A stretch of 64,000 nucleotides of DNA, taken from contig JAAZYP010000001.1 of assembly GCA_014239585.1 (NCBI GenBank), forward strand, positions 111,421 to 175,420, read 5' to 3'. Position 1 is the first letter of the stretch. Each line of letters begins with the position of its first letter. The notes beneath the pieces are model-generated. The model was not told the DNA's origin. It made no database searches and worked only from the letters and a program-made list of their open reading frames with translations. The position numbers were made by a program, and so were the translations under genes. The DNA comes from Nanobdellota archaeon (GTDB lineage: Archaea > Nanobdellota > Nanobdellia > UBA10117 > ARS21). Positions 1 to 9,552 of the stretch are shown piece after piece.

Positions 1-174
1 GTCTTCACTTCGTATAGTCATTCTACCTTTATATGATGCGAATTTAATTGATTTTTTAGAAAGTTCTTTACCATAATTTTCCAAAATTTCTTTTAATTTC
101 TTTTTAAATGAATCTGAAACTCGTTCAGCACCAACTGATTTTGCAATTTTTTCTGTATCACTTAATGACACCAT
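1..174 (-). CDS. Archaeal histone (HMf-like), 3' end runs off the window
   Basis: Not in ORF track. Manual translation MVSLSDTEKIAKSVGAERVSDSFKKKLKEILENYGKELSKKSIKFASYKGRMTIRSED; GAERVS and GRxTIxxED histone-fold motifs. Confidence 0.85.
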   Translation of the reverse strand, partial: MVSLSDTEKIAKSVGAERVSDSFKKKLKEILENYGKELSKKSIKFASYKGRMTIRSED

Positions 175-204
175 GACTATTATTTAATTACAAACTATAA
201 AAAA

Positions 205-1302
205 CTACCAATTTATTTTGTATCGAAGTATGGCTCCGATTCCACCCAATCCGTCAAGAGTTTGACCTTCGCGACTAATTGAACTGATAATTATCCATTC
301 TCCTCGCTGAGATTCAATTAAATCAGCAAATTTTTCGATTGTATCTTCATCTTTTGAATCAGAAATTAACATTAATTCTACTGCACCCATTTCTGAAGCT
401 TTTTTCACATTTTCATCACCGTATGCTGCAAGATCCGGAGTTTTACCTAAAATATTGAAAAATCGATCTGTTGCTTTTTTTTCACGAATCATAGATTCTT
501 CCGCTAAAATTTCTTTAGATTTGTCCAATACTTCAGCAATACCTTGTTCACCAGAATATCCAACGTCGACAACTGCGATAACATTCTTTTTTATATCTTG
601 ATTTAAGAAATTCTCATTATGAAATTCTTCTTTAGATGGTCCGGGACCACCAATAATAATTCCCTTTAATTTGATAACATTTGAATCAAATTCCAGGTTT
701 ACTACGTCTGCTACTTTTTGATAAAATGCTCGCGCTAAACCTTCTCGTACTCGTGCAAATCTTGCCGCAGATTGACCACCCGCCTTATATTTTCCAGGAA
801 CAGCAGAAGTTTCACTATATATAACGCTAACAGTTTTCCCTTTCAAAATTGCAACTTGTGCCTCTCGACGATCTAAGATAACAATACCGTACGCATCATA
901 AACCTCGATCATTTCAGTTAACGGTTCTAATAAAAATGTTTGATCACAACGATATTTACGTACTGACATTTTTTCAGGTGGTTCAATACCCCAAAAGTTA
1001 ACATCACTTATACCTTCTTTTCCCGATACATTTCCTGCAAACGCAGCAAGACCATTCTTAGGTGTTTTAGGATATGCTTTTAATCCTCTTAACATTTTTT
1101 CAAGAGCATTTGAAACATTTTTTCGCGTAGATGAAGATTTAATATTTCGAGATAAACTTAATTCACCAGAAAGTTGATTTATAACTTTTTGAAGATCATA
1201 ACCTTCGGGAACATAAACTGAAACCAATTCGGTATGTCTCGCTCTATATTTAGAAAGTTCTTTCAATTTTTTTCTTAAAGCGAATCGTTCTTTATCATCC
1301 AT
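205..1302 (-). CDS. prf1: Peptide chain release factor aRF1
   Basis: NIKS, YRCD and GGQS motifs. Confidence 0.95.
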   Translation of the reverse strand: MDDKERFALRKKLKELSKYRARHTELVSVYVPEGYDLQKVINQLSGELSLSRNIKSSSTRKNVSNALEKMLRGLKAYPKTPKNGLAAFAGNVSGKEGISDVNFWGIEPPEKMSVRKYRCDQTFLLEPLTEMIEVYDAYGIVILDRREAQVAILKGKTVSVIYSETSAVPGKYKAGGQSAARFARVREGLARAFYQKVADVVNLEFDSNVIKLKGIIIGGPGPSKEEFHNENFLNQDIKKNVIAVVDVGYSGEQGIAEVLDKSKEILAEESMIREKKATDRFFNILGKTPDLAAYGDENVKKASEMGAVELMLISDSKDEDTIEKFADLIESQRGEWIIISSISREGQTLDGLGGIGAILRYKINW

Positions 1303-1375
1303 TTATTGACTTCATAAATCGAAATTATAAGGCTTTTGTTCAAAACAATTTTATATCACACAGACCTAGTTCAAT

Positions 1376-1945
1376 ATGAGACATATTCGTTTTGAAATAT
1401 TTATCGATAAGGCTGTACCGTATGCATTAATGTTTATTTTAGCACATTTAGTCTTAACTATATTTTTTTCAGAAGTAATACACCGATACGAAGATTTAAT
1501 AATCTTTTTAGAATTTTTTCTAATTACATTTGTGCTGGGATTTGATTTAATTTTTAAATATCGAAGATCAGTAAATAAAAAATATTTTTTCAAACACCAT
1601 TGGTTGGAAATCATTGCAGTATTACCATTTATGTTAGTATTTAGATTATTTGAAGAAGCATATTTGATCTCCAGACTAGTTCCTGTTGAAACTTCAGTAG
1701 CATCAACACAAATGGTTTTACACGATATTAAAGGAATTAGCGAAGGTACGCGAATCGTAAAAGAAGCAGAACTTGCAGGAAGAGCGAGTCGAGTTGGAAG
1801 ATTTAGTAGACTTACACGTATTCCAGCATTTATTCGAGGAGCCATATTTTTTGAACACCCGTTAACTAAAAATAATAAAAAACATCATAAAATACATTAC
1901 GCTTTCTATTCAAAACATGCAAAAAAGTTCTTAAGTGGAAATTGA
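1376..1945 (+). CDS. Membrane protein resembling the N-terminal helices of ion-transport proteins
   Basis: About 3 hydrophobic helices; YFFKHHWLEIIAVLPF; Arg-rich segment; no pore motif. Confidence 0.5.
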   Translation: MRHIRFEIFIDKAVPYALMFILAHLVLTIFFSEVIHRYEDLIIFLEFFLITFVLGFDLIFKYRRSVNKKYFFKHHWLEIIAVLPFMLVFRLFEEAYLISRLVPVETSVASTQMVLHDIKGISEGTRIVKEAELAGRASRVGRFSRLTRIPAFIRGAIFFEHPLTKNNKKHHKIHYAFYSKHAKKFLSGN

Positions 1946-4291
1946 AAGTTTTCCAGTAGATAATTTTAATTCATTAACTCGTGCAGTTCGGCATATAATT
2001 TCAGACACTTTTTGAACTGTTCCTGCATTCGGATGTCTGATTTTGAGAACATCAACAAATTCGCCAAGTTTAATTTTATTTTCTTGTTTCCATTTTCTAA
2101 TTTCAGAAATTATTTGCTTTGATAAATCACCAAGTTTTTCTGAAGAATTATCATTTTTACCTAAATTTTGGAAAGTAGTTAGATGAATACTTTTTTCTTT
2201 TCCATAAATTGTTTGATAAATTTCTTCAGTTAAGAAACATAAAAATGGTGCAAATAATTGTAATGACGTAGCTAGAACTTGATTTGCAGTCCATAATGCC
2301 GCAGATTTACTTGATTTATCATCACCATAAATTCTACCTTTAATCATTTCTAAATAAAAATCGCAAAATTCCTTTAAGAAAAATTGTTCAACAACATGTA
2401 ATGAAAATTTCGGATCATATTTATCAAAATTCTTTTCATACTCTTTAAAGGTTGAATCTAATTTTGATAAAATCCATTTATCTTCGATTTCTAATGCAGT
2501 TTTTCTAGGAACTGAAGTCATATTCATTTTTAGAAATCGTGTTGTATTCCAGAGTTTGTTCATTAATTTAATTCCCGTTCGTAATTCCTTTTCTTGGAAA
2601 GGTGCATCATCGCCTAATTTTTTTGAACCTGCAAAATATCTTATTGCATCAACATTAAATTTTTCTATCATTTTTTGAGGTTCAATAACGTTACCGACAG
2701 ATTTACTCATTTTTCGACCATTTGGATCTTGAACATGTCCGGAAATGGTAGTAGTTATCCAAGGGTTTTTTCCGGAAATTAATCTACTTTTAGCAATAGT
2801 ATAAAATAACCAAAAATTAATTATGTCGTGAGCCTGAGGTCTTAAATCAAAATTGAATAATTTTCGTTTTATAGATGGACTTTTTACTAATTCTCGATAT
2901 AATTCGGGAGTACTTGAAGAAGTGAACCAAGTATCAAATACATCAGTTTCAGGAATTAATTTTTTATTCTTCGGAAATCGACGAGGTTTATCTTTTGTTG
3001 GATCTACAGGTAGATCATATTCTTTTGCCAAATAAATTTTTCCAGTTTCATCATACCAAACAGGAATTGGAACACCAAATTTTCTTTGTCGAGCAATTGA
3101 CCAATCCCAACCCAACCCAGTTATCCAATTTTTTAATCTGACCGACATATATTTCGGATACCAATTTAATTGATTCATGCCTTTCAGGAAATCTTTCTGC
3201 AGGTCTAAGTATTTAATGTACCATTGAACTGAATTAATTATTTCAATTGGCTCTTTTGATCGTTCTCCAACTTGAACGATTTGTTTTTTCTTTACTTGAT
3301 TAATTAATAATTTCAATTTTTTTAAATCTTCAATAATTTTTTTTCTTGCTTCAATTATCGTTAACCCGTTATATTTTCCAGAAGATTTATTCATCTTACC
3401 GTCTAACGTGATTACCATCTTTAACGGAAGATTGTATTCTTTGTACCATTCAATATCTGTTTGATCTCCGAAAGTACAACACATTACTAAACCAGTACCT
3501 TTAGCTGGATCAACACGTTTGTCTGCAATTATCGGAACTTTATGGTTGTAGATAGGCGTAATTGCATTTTTACCAACTAAATTTTTAGCACGTTTATCTG
3601 ACGGATTTATCATCAGAGAAACACAACCACCCAATAATTCTGGACGAGTTGTTGCAATAGTTAAATTATCACCCGATTCAGACTTGAATTTAATTTCATT
3701 AAATATTGTATTTCTTTCAACACTCTCTAATTCTGCTTGAGCTATTGCGGTTTGGAATCTAACGTCCCATAACACTGGAGATTCTTTTCGATAGGCTCTA
3801 CCTTTTTTGTACAACTCTAAAAATGTTTTTTGAGAAATTCTTCTACTGTGGTCATCAATTGAAGAAAAAGTCAAGTCAAAATCTGCACTTAATCCCATAT
3901 CTTTCCAACCCTGAACAAAATTAGGTTTAATTTCCTTTAAGGTCTTTAAACATAATTTAATATATTTTCCTCGATCTAGTTTTTTAGCAGAAACACCTTT
4001 AACTTTTTGAATTAATTTTTCCGTTGCAAGACCATTATCATCAGTTCCAAAAGGATAGAATACATTCATGCCCTTCATTCGTTTGTATCGTGCAATGAAA
4101 TCTGTTTGTGTATAGGAGAAAGCATGTCCGATATGCATCTTACCTGAAACTGTTGGAGGAGGAGTATCGATAGAATATATCGGTTTTCTAGAAGATTCAT
4201 TAAATTTGTAAATCTTATTTCGTTCCCAATATTTTTGCCACTTCTTAGTTAGTTTGTGATTATCTGGAAGTTTACCAATATCTTTACCCAT
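1931..4291 (-). CDS. valS: Valine--tRNA ligase
   Basis: IDTPPPTVSG-MHIGH, ATTRPEL, GTGLVMCCTFGD, KMSKS. Confidence 0.95.
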   Translation of the reverse strand: MGKDIGKLPDNHKLTKKWQKYWERNKIYKFNESSRKPIYSIDTPPPTVSGKMHIGHAFSYTQTDFIARYKRMKGMNVFYPFGTDDNGLATEKLIQKVKGVSAKKLDRGKYIKLCLKTLKEIKPNFVQGWKDMGLSADFDLTFSSIDDHSRRISQKTFLELYKKGRAYRKESPVLWDVRFQTAIAQAELESVERNTIFNEIKFKSESGDNLTIATTRPELLGGCVSLMINPSDKRAKNLVGKNAITPIYNHKVPIIADKRVDPAKGTGLVMCCTFGDQTDIEWYKEYNLPLKMVITLDGKMNKSSGKYNGLTIIEARKKIIEDLKKLKLLINQVKKKQIVQVGERSKEPIEIINSVQWYIKYLDLQKDFLKGMNQLNWYPKYMSVRLKNWITGLGWDWSIARQRKFGVPIPVWYDETGKIYLAKEYDLPVDPTKDKPRRFPKNKKLIPETDVFDTWFTSSSTPELYRELVKSPSIKRKLFNFDLRPQAHDIINFWLFYTIAKSRLISGKNPWITTTISGHVQDPNGRKMSKSVGNVIEPQKMIEKFNVDAIRYFAGSKKLGDDAPFQEKELRTGIKLMNKLWNTTRFLKMNMTSVPRKTALEIEDKWILSKLDSTFKEYEKNFDKYDPKFSLHVVEQFFLKEFCDFYLEMIKGRIYGDDKSSKSAALWTANQVLATSLQLFAPFLCFLTEEIYQTIYGKEKSIHLTTFQNLGKNDNSSEKLGDLSKQIISEIRKWKQENKIKLGEFVDVLKIRHPNAGTVQKVSEIICRTARVNELKLSTGKLSIST

Positions 4292-4322
4292 ACTGTTCTG
4301 AGTTAAATGAAATTTAAAAAGT

Positions 4323-6194
4323 CTACTTTATCTTATATCCTGAAATATGAATTGTGTCCCAGAACCAACCTTTATCGACCTCATAAGAAACATGAAAACC
4401 GTGTTTTCTAAATCTCAAAATTAAATCGTGTCGATTTCTTAACCAATCTGGCGCCCTGAATAATTTGAATACTCGATCATAATCGATGAAATAAATCCTT
4501 CCGCGATGTACAACTCGTTTACTCAGTTCATCCAATAATTTATCTGGTTCACCAGTATAACCCAATAATCCAATTGATGTTGCACCATGAATACTCTTTA
4601 TTTTTTGATGTAAATTTGTTCTATCATCCGAATCTTCTCTAATAAATTCAATATTGTTTAATCTATGTTTCATTGCGAGTTTATGTGCATTTTTTAAATC
4701 TCCTTCTGAAACATCTGTAGCCAAAATAGTTCCATTTTCGCCAACAATTTCAGCAAGTTCTTTAGCGAGTACACCGGCACTAGCACCCATGTTTAAGATC
4801 TTACGATCTCTAAAATCTCCAAAAAATGCTAAAATATGTTTGTGCGTCCGAGGTTTTACAAAAAAGTTATATGATAATTTTCTAAAACCTGAAGACCAAT
4901 TAAGCATGCCTTCCAATATTGAGGATTTACTTTCAATACTTTTCATAAGATATAATGGAATTCCAATAAATGCAAACATCGCGCCAGTCATAATTGTTGG
5001 AATTTCAATGCCGCCCATCAAAAACATTAAGGTCAATCCGACAAAGATTGGAAGAACTTTACCGAACGGAACTCTAAATTTACGTTCACGATGGGGGTCA
5101 GTAAATCTTAAGATCGATACACTCATTACGACCATCGTATACATAAAGATTGCTAGCGGAAGAATCATTTCAAGTAGCAACTCATAACTACCCGATAATA
5201 TTATCAGTCCACTTAATATTGCTTGAAGCAAGATTGCGATGTGGGGAGTTTGAAATCGAGGATGAATTTTTCCCAACGAACTAGGTAAAAGTCCGTCTCG
5301 TGCTAATGCAAAGATTAATCTCGGTGCAGTAATAATCCATGCTGCAGCACCGCCAAAAATATTCAGAAAAATTAATCCGCTAATAATTAATGCACCAGTA
5401 CTACCCATTATAACTTCTGCAACATCAGTTAAGGGTGCACTACTACTTGCTAATACATCGTGCGGAACTGCACCTAATGCGATAGAAACAACACCAATTG
5501 CTAAAACAATTACTGCAACTGTTGCAATCATCATTACTTTAGGAATTACGTTTGCAGCATCTTTTGTCTCTTCAGCAAGATTTGCAACTGTTTCCCACCC
5601 GAAAAAAGTTTCAAGAATGTATACCATTGCTATAACTATTGATACTTTTGGAAATACATCTAAGAATTGAAGTTTTGAAACATCAAAATAATAAATTCCC
5701 CAACTCATTAATGTCCAAAGACTCATAATTGTTACAATTGAAAATATTAATAGGACTTTAACCGATAAGTCGATACCTTTGAAAGAAACAAAATTTACTA
5801 AGGCTACAATCAATAACGCGAGTATAATTTTTGTAGTGTGACTCATATCTATAAATACTGCAAGATATTCTAAACATCCAATCGAAAGCATGGCTATAGT
5901 TACATTTGCAACAATCCATGAAATCCATCCAACCATAAATCCGCCAAATTCACCAAATGCTTGTTTAGTATATTCGTAAACACCACCTGATTTTGGAAAC
6001 ATGCTTACTAACTCGGCAAAACATGCTGCAACTAATAATGCTAATATTCCAACTAAAATCCAAGATATTATTGAGGCAGGTCCTGCAATTCTTGCCGCAA
6101 TACCTGGAACAAAGAAAATTCCGGTACCAATTATTGCATTTATTGCCAAAAGTACTAAAACACTGAAAGATATGGATTTCTTTAATTCGGCCAC
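4323..6194 (-). CDS. APC-family amino acid permease with C-terminal SAM-methyltransferase-like domain
   Basis: IIGTGIF, AELVSMFPKSGG, LAEE motifs; soluble C-terminal region with ILNMGASAG and acidic ATD; GTG start. Confidence 0.8.
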   Translation of the reverse strand: MAELKKSISFSVLVLLAINAIIGTGIFFVPGIAARIAGPASIISWILVGILALLVAACFAELVSMFPKSGGVYEYTKQAFGEFGGFMVGWISWIVANVTIAMLSIGCLEYLAVFIDMSHTTKIILALLIVALVNFVSFKGIDLSVKVLLIFSIVTIMSLWTLMSWGIYYFDVSKLQFLDVFPKVSIVIAMVYILETFFGWETVANLAEETKDAANVIPKVMMIATVAVIVLAIGVVSIALGAVPHDVLASSSAPLTDVAEVIMGSTGALIISGLIFLNIFGGAAAWIITAPRLIFALARDGLLPSSLGKIHPRFQTPHIAILLQAILSGLIILSGSYELLLEMILPLAIFMYTMVVMSVSILRFTDPHRERKFRVPFGKVLPIFVGLTLMFLMGGIEIPTIMTGAMFAFIGIPLYLMKSIESKSSILEGMLNWSSGFRKLSYNFFVKPRTHKHILAFFGDFRDRKILNMGASAGVLAKELAEIVGENGTILATDVSEGDLKNAHKLAMKHRLNNIEFIREDSDDRTNLHQKIKSIHGATSIGLLGYTGEPDKLLDELSKRVVHRGRIYFIDYDRVFKLFRAPDWLRNRHDLILRFRKHGFHVSYEVDKGWFWDTIHISGYKIK

Positions 6195-6279
6195 AGAATA
6201 GTATCATTGCCGCGCCTTATAACGATTTTTTATTACTGCAAAGTGAAACGTTTATAATACCTAAATATTGTGTTAGATT

Positions 6280-6717
6280 ATGGCTCCAAAGGGATCATAT
6301 GTCAGTTTAACTGAATTTGCAAAATCAATTCAAAATGCAACAGCAAAAAGATTAAACCACCAAATTGATTTAGAATCGGCAGTAGGAATGGCAGATCACA
6401 TTCTTGGATTTTTCGGATATCAAGATAGAATAATAGATAATGTTCTTACTCCTGAAGATAGAAATTTATTTTATATGTTAAATGATTACGGACTAATTCG
6501 TAGCGTTAGTGAAGAAACCACTTTATGGGACGGACGCGAATGGAGAATTCATTTTTGGTCATTAGATCATAATAAAATCTACAAAATAAATAATAAGGAA
6601 ACAACTAAACCAAAACTATCTGAATCAGAAAATACATATTCTGAAATACCCAATAATTATTGGCCAGGAATCGAAGAAGAAGATGACGATGATGACTGGT
6701 TTTTGAGAAATTTATAA
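6280..6717 (+). CDS. DUF6015-like protein
   Basis: FFGYQDRIIDNVLTPEDRNLFYML and EETTLWDGREWRIHFW match my recollection of this Thermoplasmatota family. Confidence 0.65.
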   Translation: MAPKGSYVSLTEFAKSIQNATAKRLNHQIDLESAVGMADHILGFFGYQDRIIDNVLTPEDRNLFYMLNDYGLIRSVSEETTLWDGREWRIHFWSLDHNKIYKINNKETTKPKLSESENTYSEIPNNYWPGIEEEDDDDDWFLRNL

Positions 6718-6719
6718 AA

Positions 6720-7769
6720 TTATTTAATCATACGAATATCCATTTGCGGAAACGGAATCTCAATTTTTTCCTTGTCAAATTTTAGTTTTAGTGATTTAAT
6801 AAATTCATGTATAACTTTACTTCTACTTTCCCGATTTTTGACTCTCAAACTTACTGTAAAAGTTATAGCATTATCTCCAAATTCTCTAAATCTGAATGAG
6901 GGTTCATACTCTTTAATCGTTCCTTCAACCGATTTTTGTATTTTTTTAGCCACAGAAGTTGCAATTTTTTCCACTTTAGTTAAATCAGAATTATATGCTA
7001 CTCCGCATGAAACCATTGTCGTCATTTCACGCTTAGGAGAATTGTAATTTCTAAATACAGATTCTGCAATTTTGGAATTTGGCAAAATTAAATAATTATG
7101 ATCCCAAGTTCTTAAGCGAGTAGTACGCCATCCGATATCCACAACATATCCTGCGGTTTTAGAATCAAGTTCAATATAATCACCCAATTTCATAGGTCTA
7201 TCAGCAGTGATATAAATTGCAGATAAAAAATTTGAAAGTGTATCCTTTAATGCCATTGCTACTGCAATACCTGCGATACCCAATCCTGCAAGAAGAGGAG
7301 TTATCTCAATTCCAAATTGTTTCAGTATTATTGATAATGCAACAAGATATACGGTAAAATTAATTAATTTACGTACGAAATTGAATAGTGTATCATCAAT
7401 TTTTCTATGCATCTTTTCTTTGAGTTCGTAAGTGTATATTTCAAAACCAGATTTAATAATTCGGGAAACAAGAAAAGTTATTGCGATAATCCACAAAATC
7501 GAGAATATTTGAAGTATGGTAACTGCACCAACGGAAAAATTAGGTTGATAAAATTTTACTGCTAAAAAAAACCCGAAAGTAATAATTAAAATCTGGATTG
7601 GTAATCTAATATTTTTAACCAATATTTCATCAATTTTTGTTTTTGTATTTGAAGTGAATACTGAAATGACTTTCAAAACTCGTCGCATTAATAATGCAAT
7701 AATTATTGAAGTAATACTTATTCCAATTGCAACGGATTTAGGATCAAATTGATTTAATGATTCAAACAT
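6720..7769 (-). CDS. mscS: Small-conductance mechanosensitive channel
   Basis: LLAGLGIAGIAVAMALKDTLSN, GDYI, IGWRTT, PNS, IPFPQ. Confidence 0.92.
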   Translation of the reverse strand: MFESLNQFDPKSVAIGISITSIIIALLMRRVLKVISVFTSNTKTKIDEILVKNIRLPIQILIITFGFFLAVKFYQPNFSVGAVTILQIFSILWIIAITFLVSRIIKSGFEIYTYELKEKMHRKIDDTLFNFVRKLINFTVYLVALSIILKQFGIEITPLLAGLGIAGIAVAMALKDTLSNFLSAIYITADRPMKLGDYIELDSKTAGYVVDIGWRTTRLRTWDHNYLILPNSKIAESVFRNYNSPKREMTTMVSCGVAYNSDLTKVEKIATSVAKKIQKSVEGTIKEYEPSFRFREFGDNAITFTVSLRVKNRESRSKVIHEFIKSLKLKFDKEKIEIPFPQMDIRMIK

Positions 7770-7820
7770 ATTATTTATTCAGAAGTAAGCGTTTAATAAA
7801 TCTTTCATTCCAAAATTGAA

Positions 7821-7894
7821 TGGTCCAGGCAGGATTTGAACCTGCGACCTCACGATTATCAGTCGTGCGCGCTACCAGACTACGCCACTGGACC
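7821..7894 (-). tRNA. tRNA-Ile(GAT)
   Basis: Cloverleaf; anticodon arm CACGA-CT-GAT-AA-TCGTG; TTCAAAT T-loop. Confidence 0.95.
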
Positions 7895-8052
7895 AGTGAA
7901 ATGGATGATTATTATTCATTTATAAGGTTTTTCTGAACGCAATTTTTATAAAAAACAACATTATTAATAAATTATGAAAAGTGGTTATCTCTTTCAGCAT
8001 ATAGAATAATTTCTAGAAATACTTATTTAAACTTTAAGGGGAACAGATTAAT

Positions 8053-9552
8053 ATGAATTTAAAGCTTCTTGCCGAGACATTACAACCCGCTGAAGTAATT
8101 TTGTTAAAAGCATTATCTAAATCTAAAGTTTTAGATTCACATAATCGAATGTCAAATGTTGCATTTATGCGTGCAGCAATGTATTTGAGCAATAAAAAGT
8201 TAGTACGGATATTAAAATCTGAAAAACAAGTCATAACTTTGATGGAGAATGGCATCGATGCAGCCAAGAAATTTCTTCCTGAATTAATTCTTGCAAATGC
8301 ACTGAAAAAAGAGAGCTTAACATTCAAACGAGGAGAAAAACTTCTTGGTTCAGATAAGTTCAGATTTGCAATAGGTTATTTAAGATCAGGAAATTATGTT
8401 CGTGTTGAAAAAGGGATAATTTATCTAACTTCCGAAGGTAAAAATCTGAAAACAACCCCTGAAATGAATTTAATAAAAAAATTAAGTAAATCTGAACTAA
8501 ATTTATCAAAACTTTCCGCTGCTGAGAAAGCATCATTTTTGGCATTATCTAAACGGAAAAGAGTTATCAGTTTAGTAAAAAGAACAGAATATAATGTGAG
8601 AATTACTCCGCGCGGAGAAGAAATTCTAACTAATTTACCTAGAATCCCCGGAATTGAATTAAATTCACCTTCGGTAATAAAATCCGGAATTTGGAAATCT
8701 AAAAAATTCAGAAGATACGATGTCGAAGCACCAGTTCCCGATACTCATCTTGGAAAAAAACAACCATATATGCAATTTTTAGATGATATCCGAACAAAAA
8801 TGGTGGAACTCGGTTTCAAAGAGATGAATGGACCTCTGATTGAAACTGAATTTCATAATTTTGATGCACTTTATCAACCACAAAATCATCCGGCAAGAAC
8901 ATTTACTGACGTTTACAAATTAAAAAATCCAAAAATGGGAAAATTACCAAATAAAAAATTTGTAGATGCAGTTAAAGCTGCACATGAAACCGGAGGAAAA
9001 ACTGGATCAAAAGGATTGCAATATTCATGGAATGATAAAATTTCAAAACAATTAATGCCTAGATCTCACACTACGCCCGTTTCTGCAAGACAAATGATGA
9101 AGGGAATAGAAGTACCTGGAAAATATTTTGGAGTGGGAAGAGTATTTCGTCCAGATGTATTGGATGCAACACATTTATTGGAATTTAATCAACTCGAAGG
9201 GATTGTTATAGATAAAGATCTAAGTTTTGCAAATCTGTTGGGCATGTTAAAAAAATTCGCAATTGAAGCCGCAGGTGCAAAAAAAGTTAGATTCTTTCCA
9301 GATTATTTCCCTTTCACCGAACCAAGTGTTCAGATGGACGTATGGTCTGAAAAATTAAATAAATGGGTTGAATTTGGAGGAGCAGGAATTTTTCGTCCAG
9401 AATTAACTGAATCATTGGGAATTAAAGAGCCAGTTATCGCATGGGGATTGGGGATAGATAGAATGTTTATGCAAAAAATAGGAAGCAGAGACATTAGAGA
9501 ATTATTTGCAGATAATATTGCTTGGTTAAGAAAGCAAGGAGCGATCGAATAA
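8053..9552 (+). CDS. pheS: Phenylalanine--tRNA ligase alpha subunit
   Basis: NFDALYQPQNHPAR, DATHLLEFNQ, YFPFTEPS, AWGLG. Confidence 0.95.
   Translation: MNLKLLAETLQPAEVILLKALSKSKVLDSHNRMSNVAFMRAAMYLSNKKLVRILKSEKQVITLMENGIDAAKKFLPELILANALKKESLTFKRGEKLLGSDKFRFAIGYLRSGNYVRVEKGIIYLTSEGKNLKTTPEMNLIKKLSKSELNLSKLSAAEKASFLALSKRKRVISLVKRTEYNVRITPRGEEILTNLPRIPGIELNSPSVIKSGIWKSKKFRRYDVEAPVPDTHLGKKQPYMQFLDDIRTKMVELGFKEMNGPLIETEFHNFDALYQPQNHPARTFTDVYKLKNPKMGKLPNKKFVDAVKAAHETGGKTGSKGLQYSWNDKISKQLMPRSHTTPVSARQMMKGIEVPGKYFGVGRVFRPDVLDATHLLEFNQLEGIVIDKDLSFANLLGMLKKFAIEAAGAKKVRFFPDYFPFTEPSVQMDVWSEKLNKWVEFGGAGIFRPELTESLGIKEPVIAWGLGIDRMFMQKIGSRDIRELFADNIAWLRKQGAIE

Noticed and set aside
7974-8009. uORF MKSGYLFQHIE as a PheM-like attenuator leader for pheS
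   Set aside because: Only one Phe codon, no attenuator hairpins, and pheS has its own closer TATA-like box
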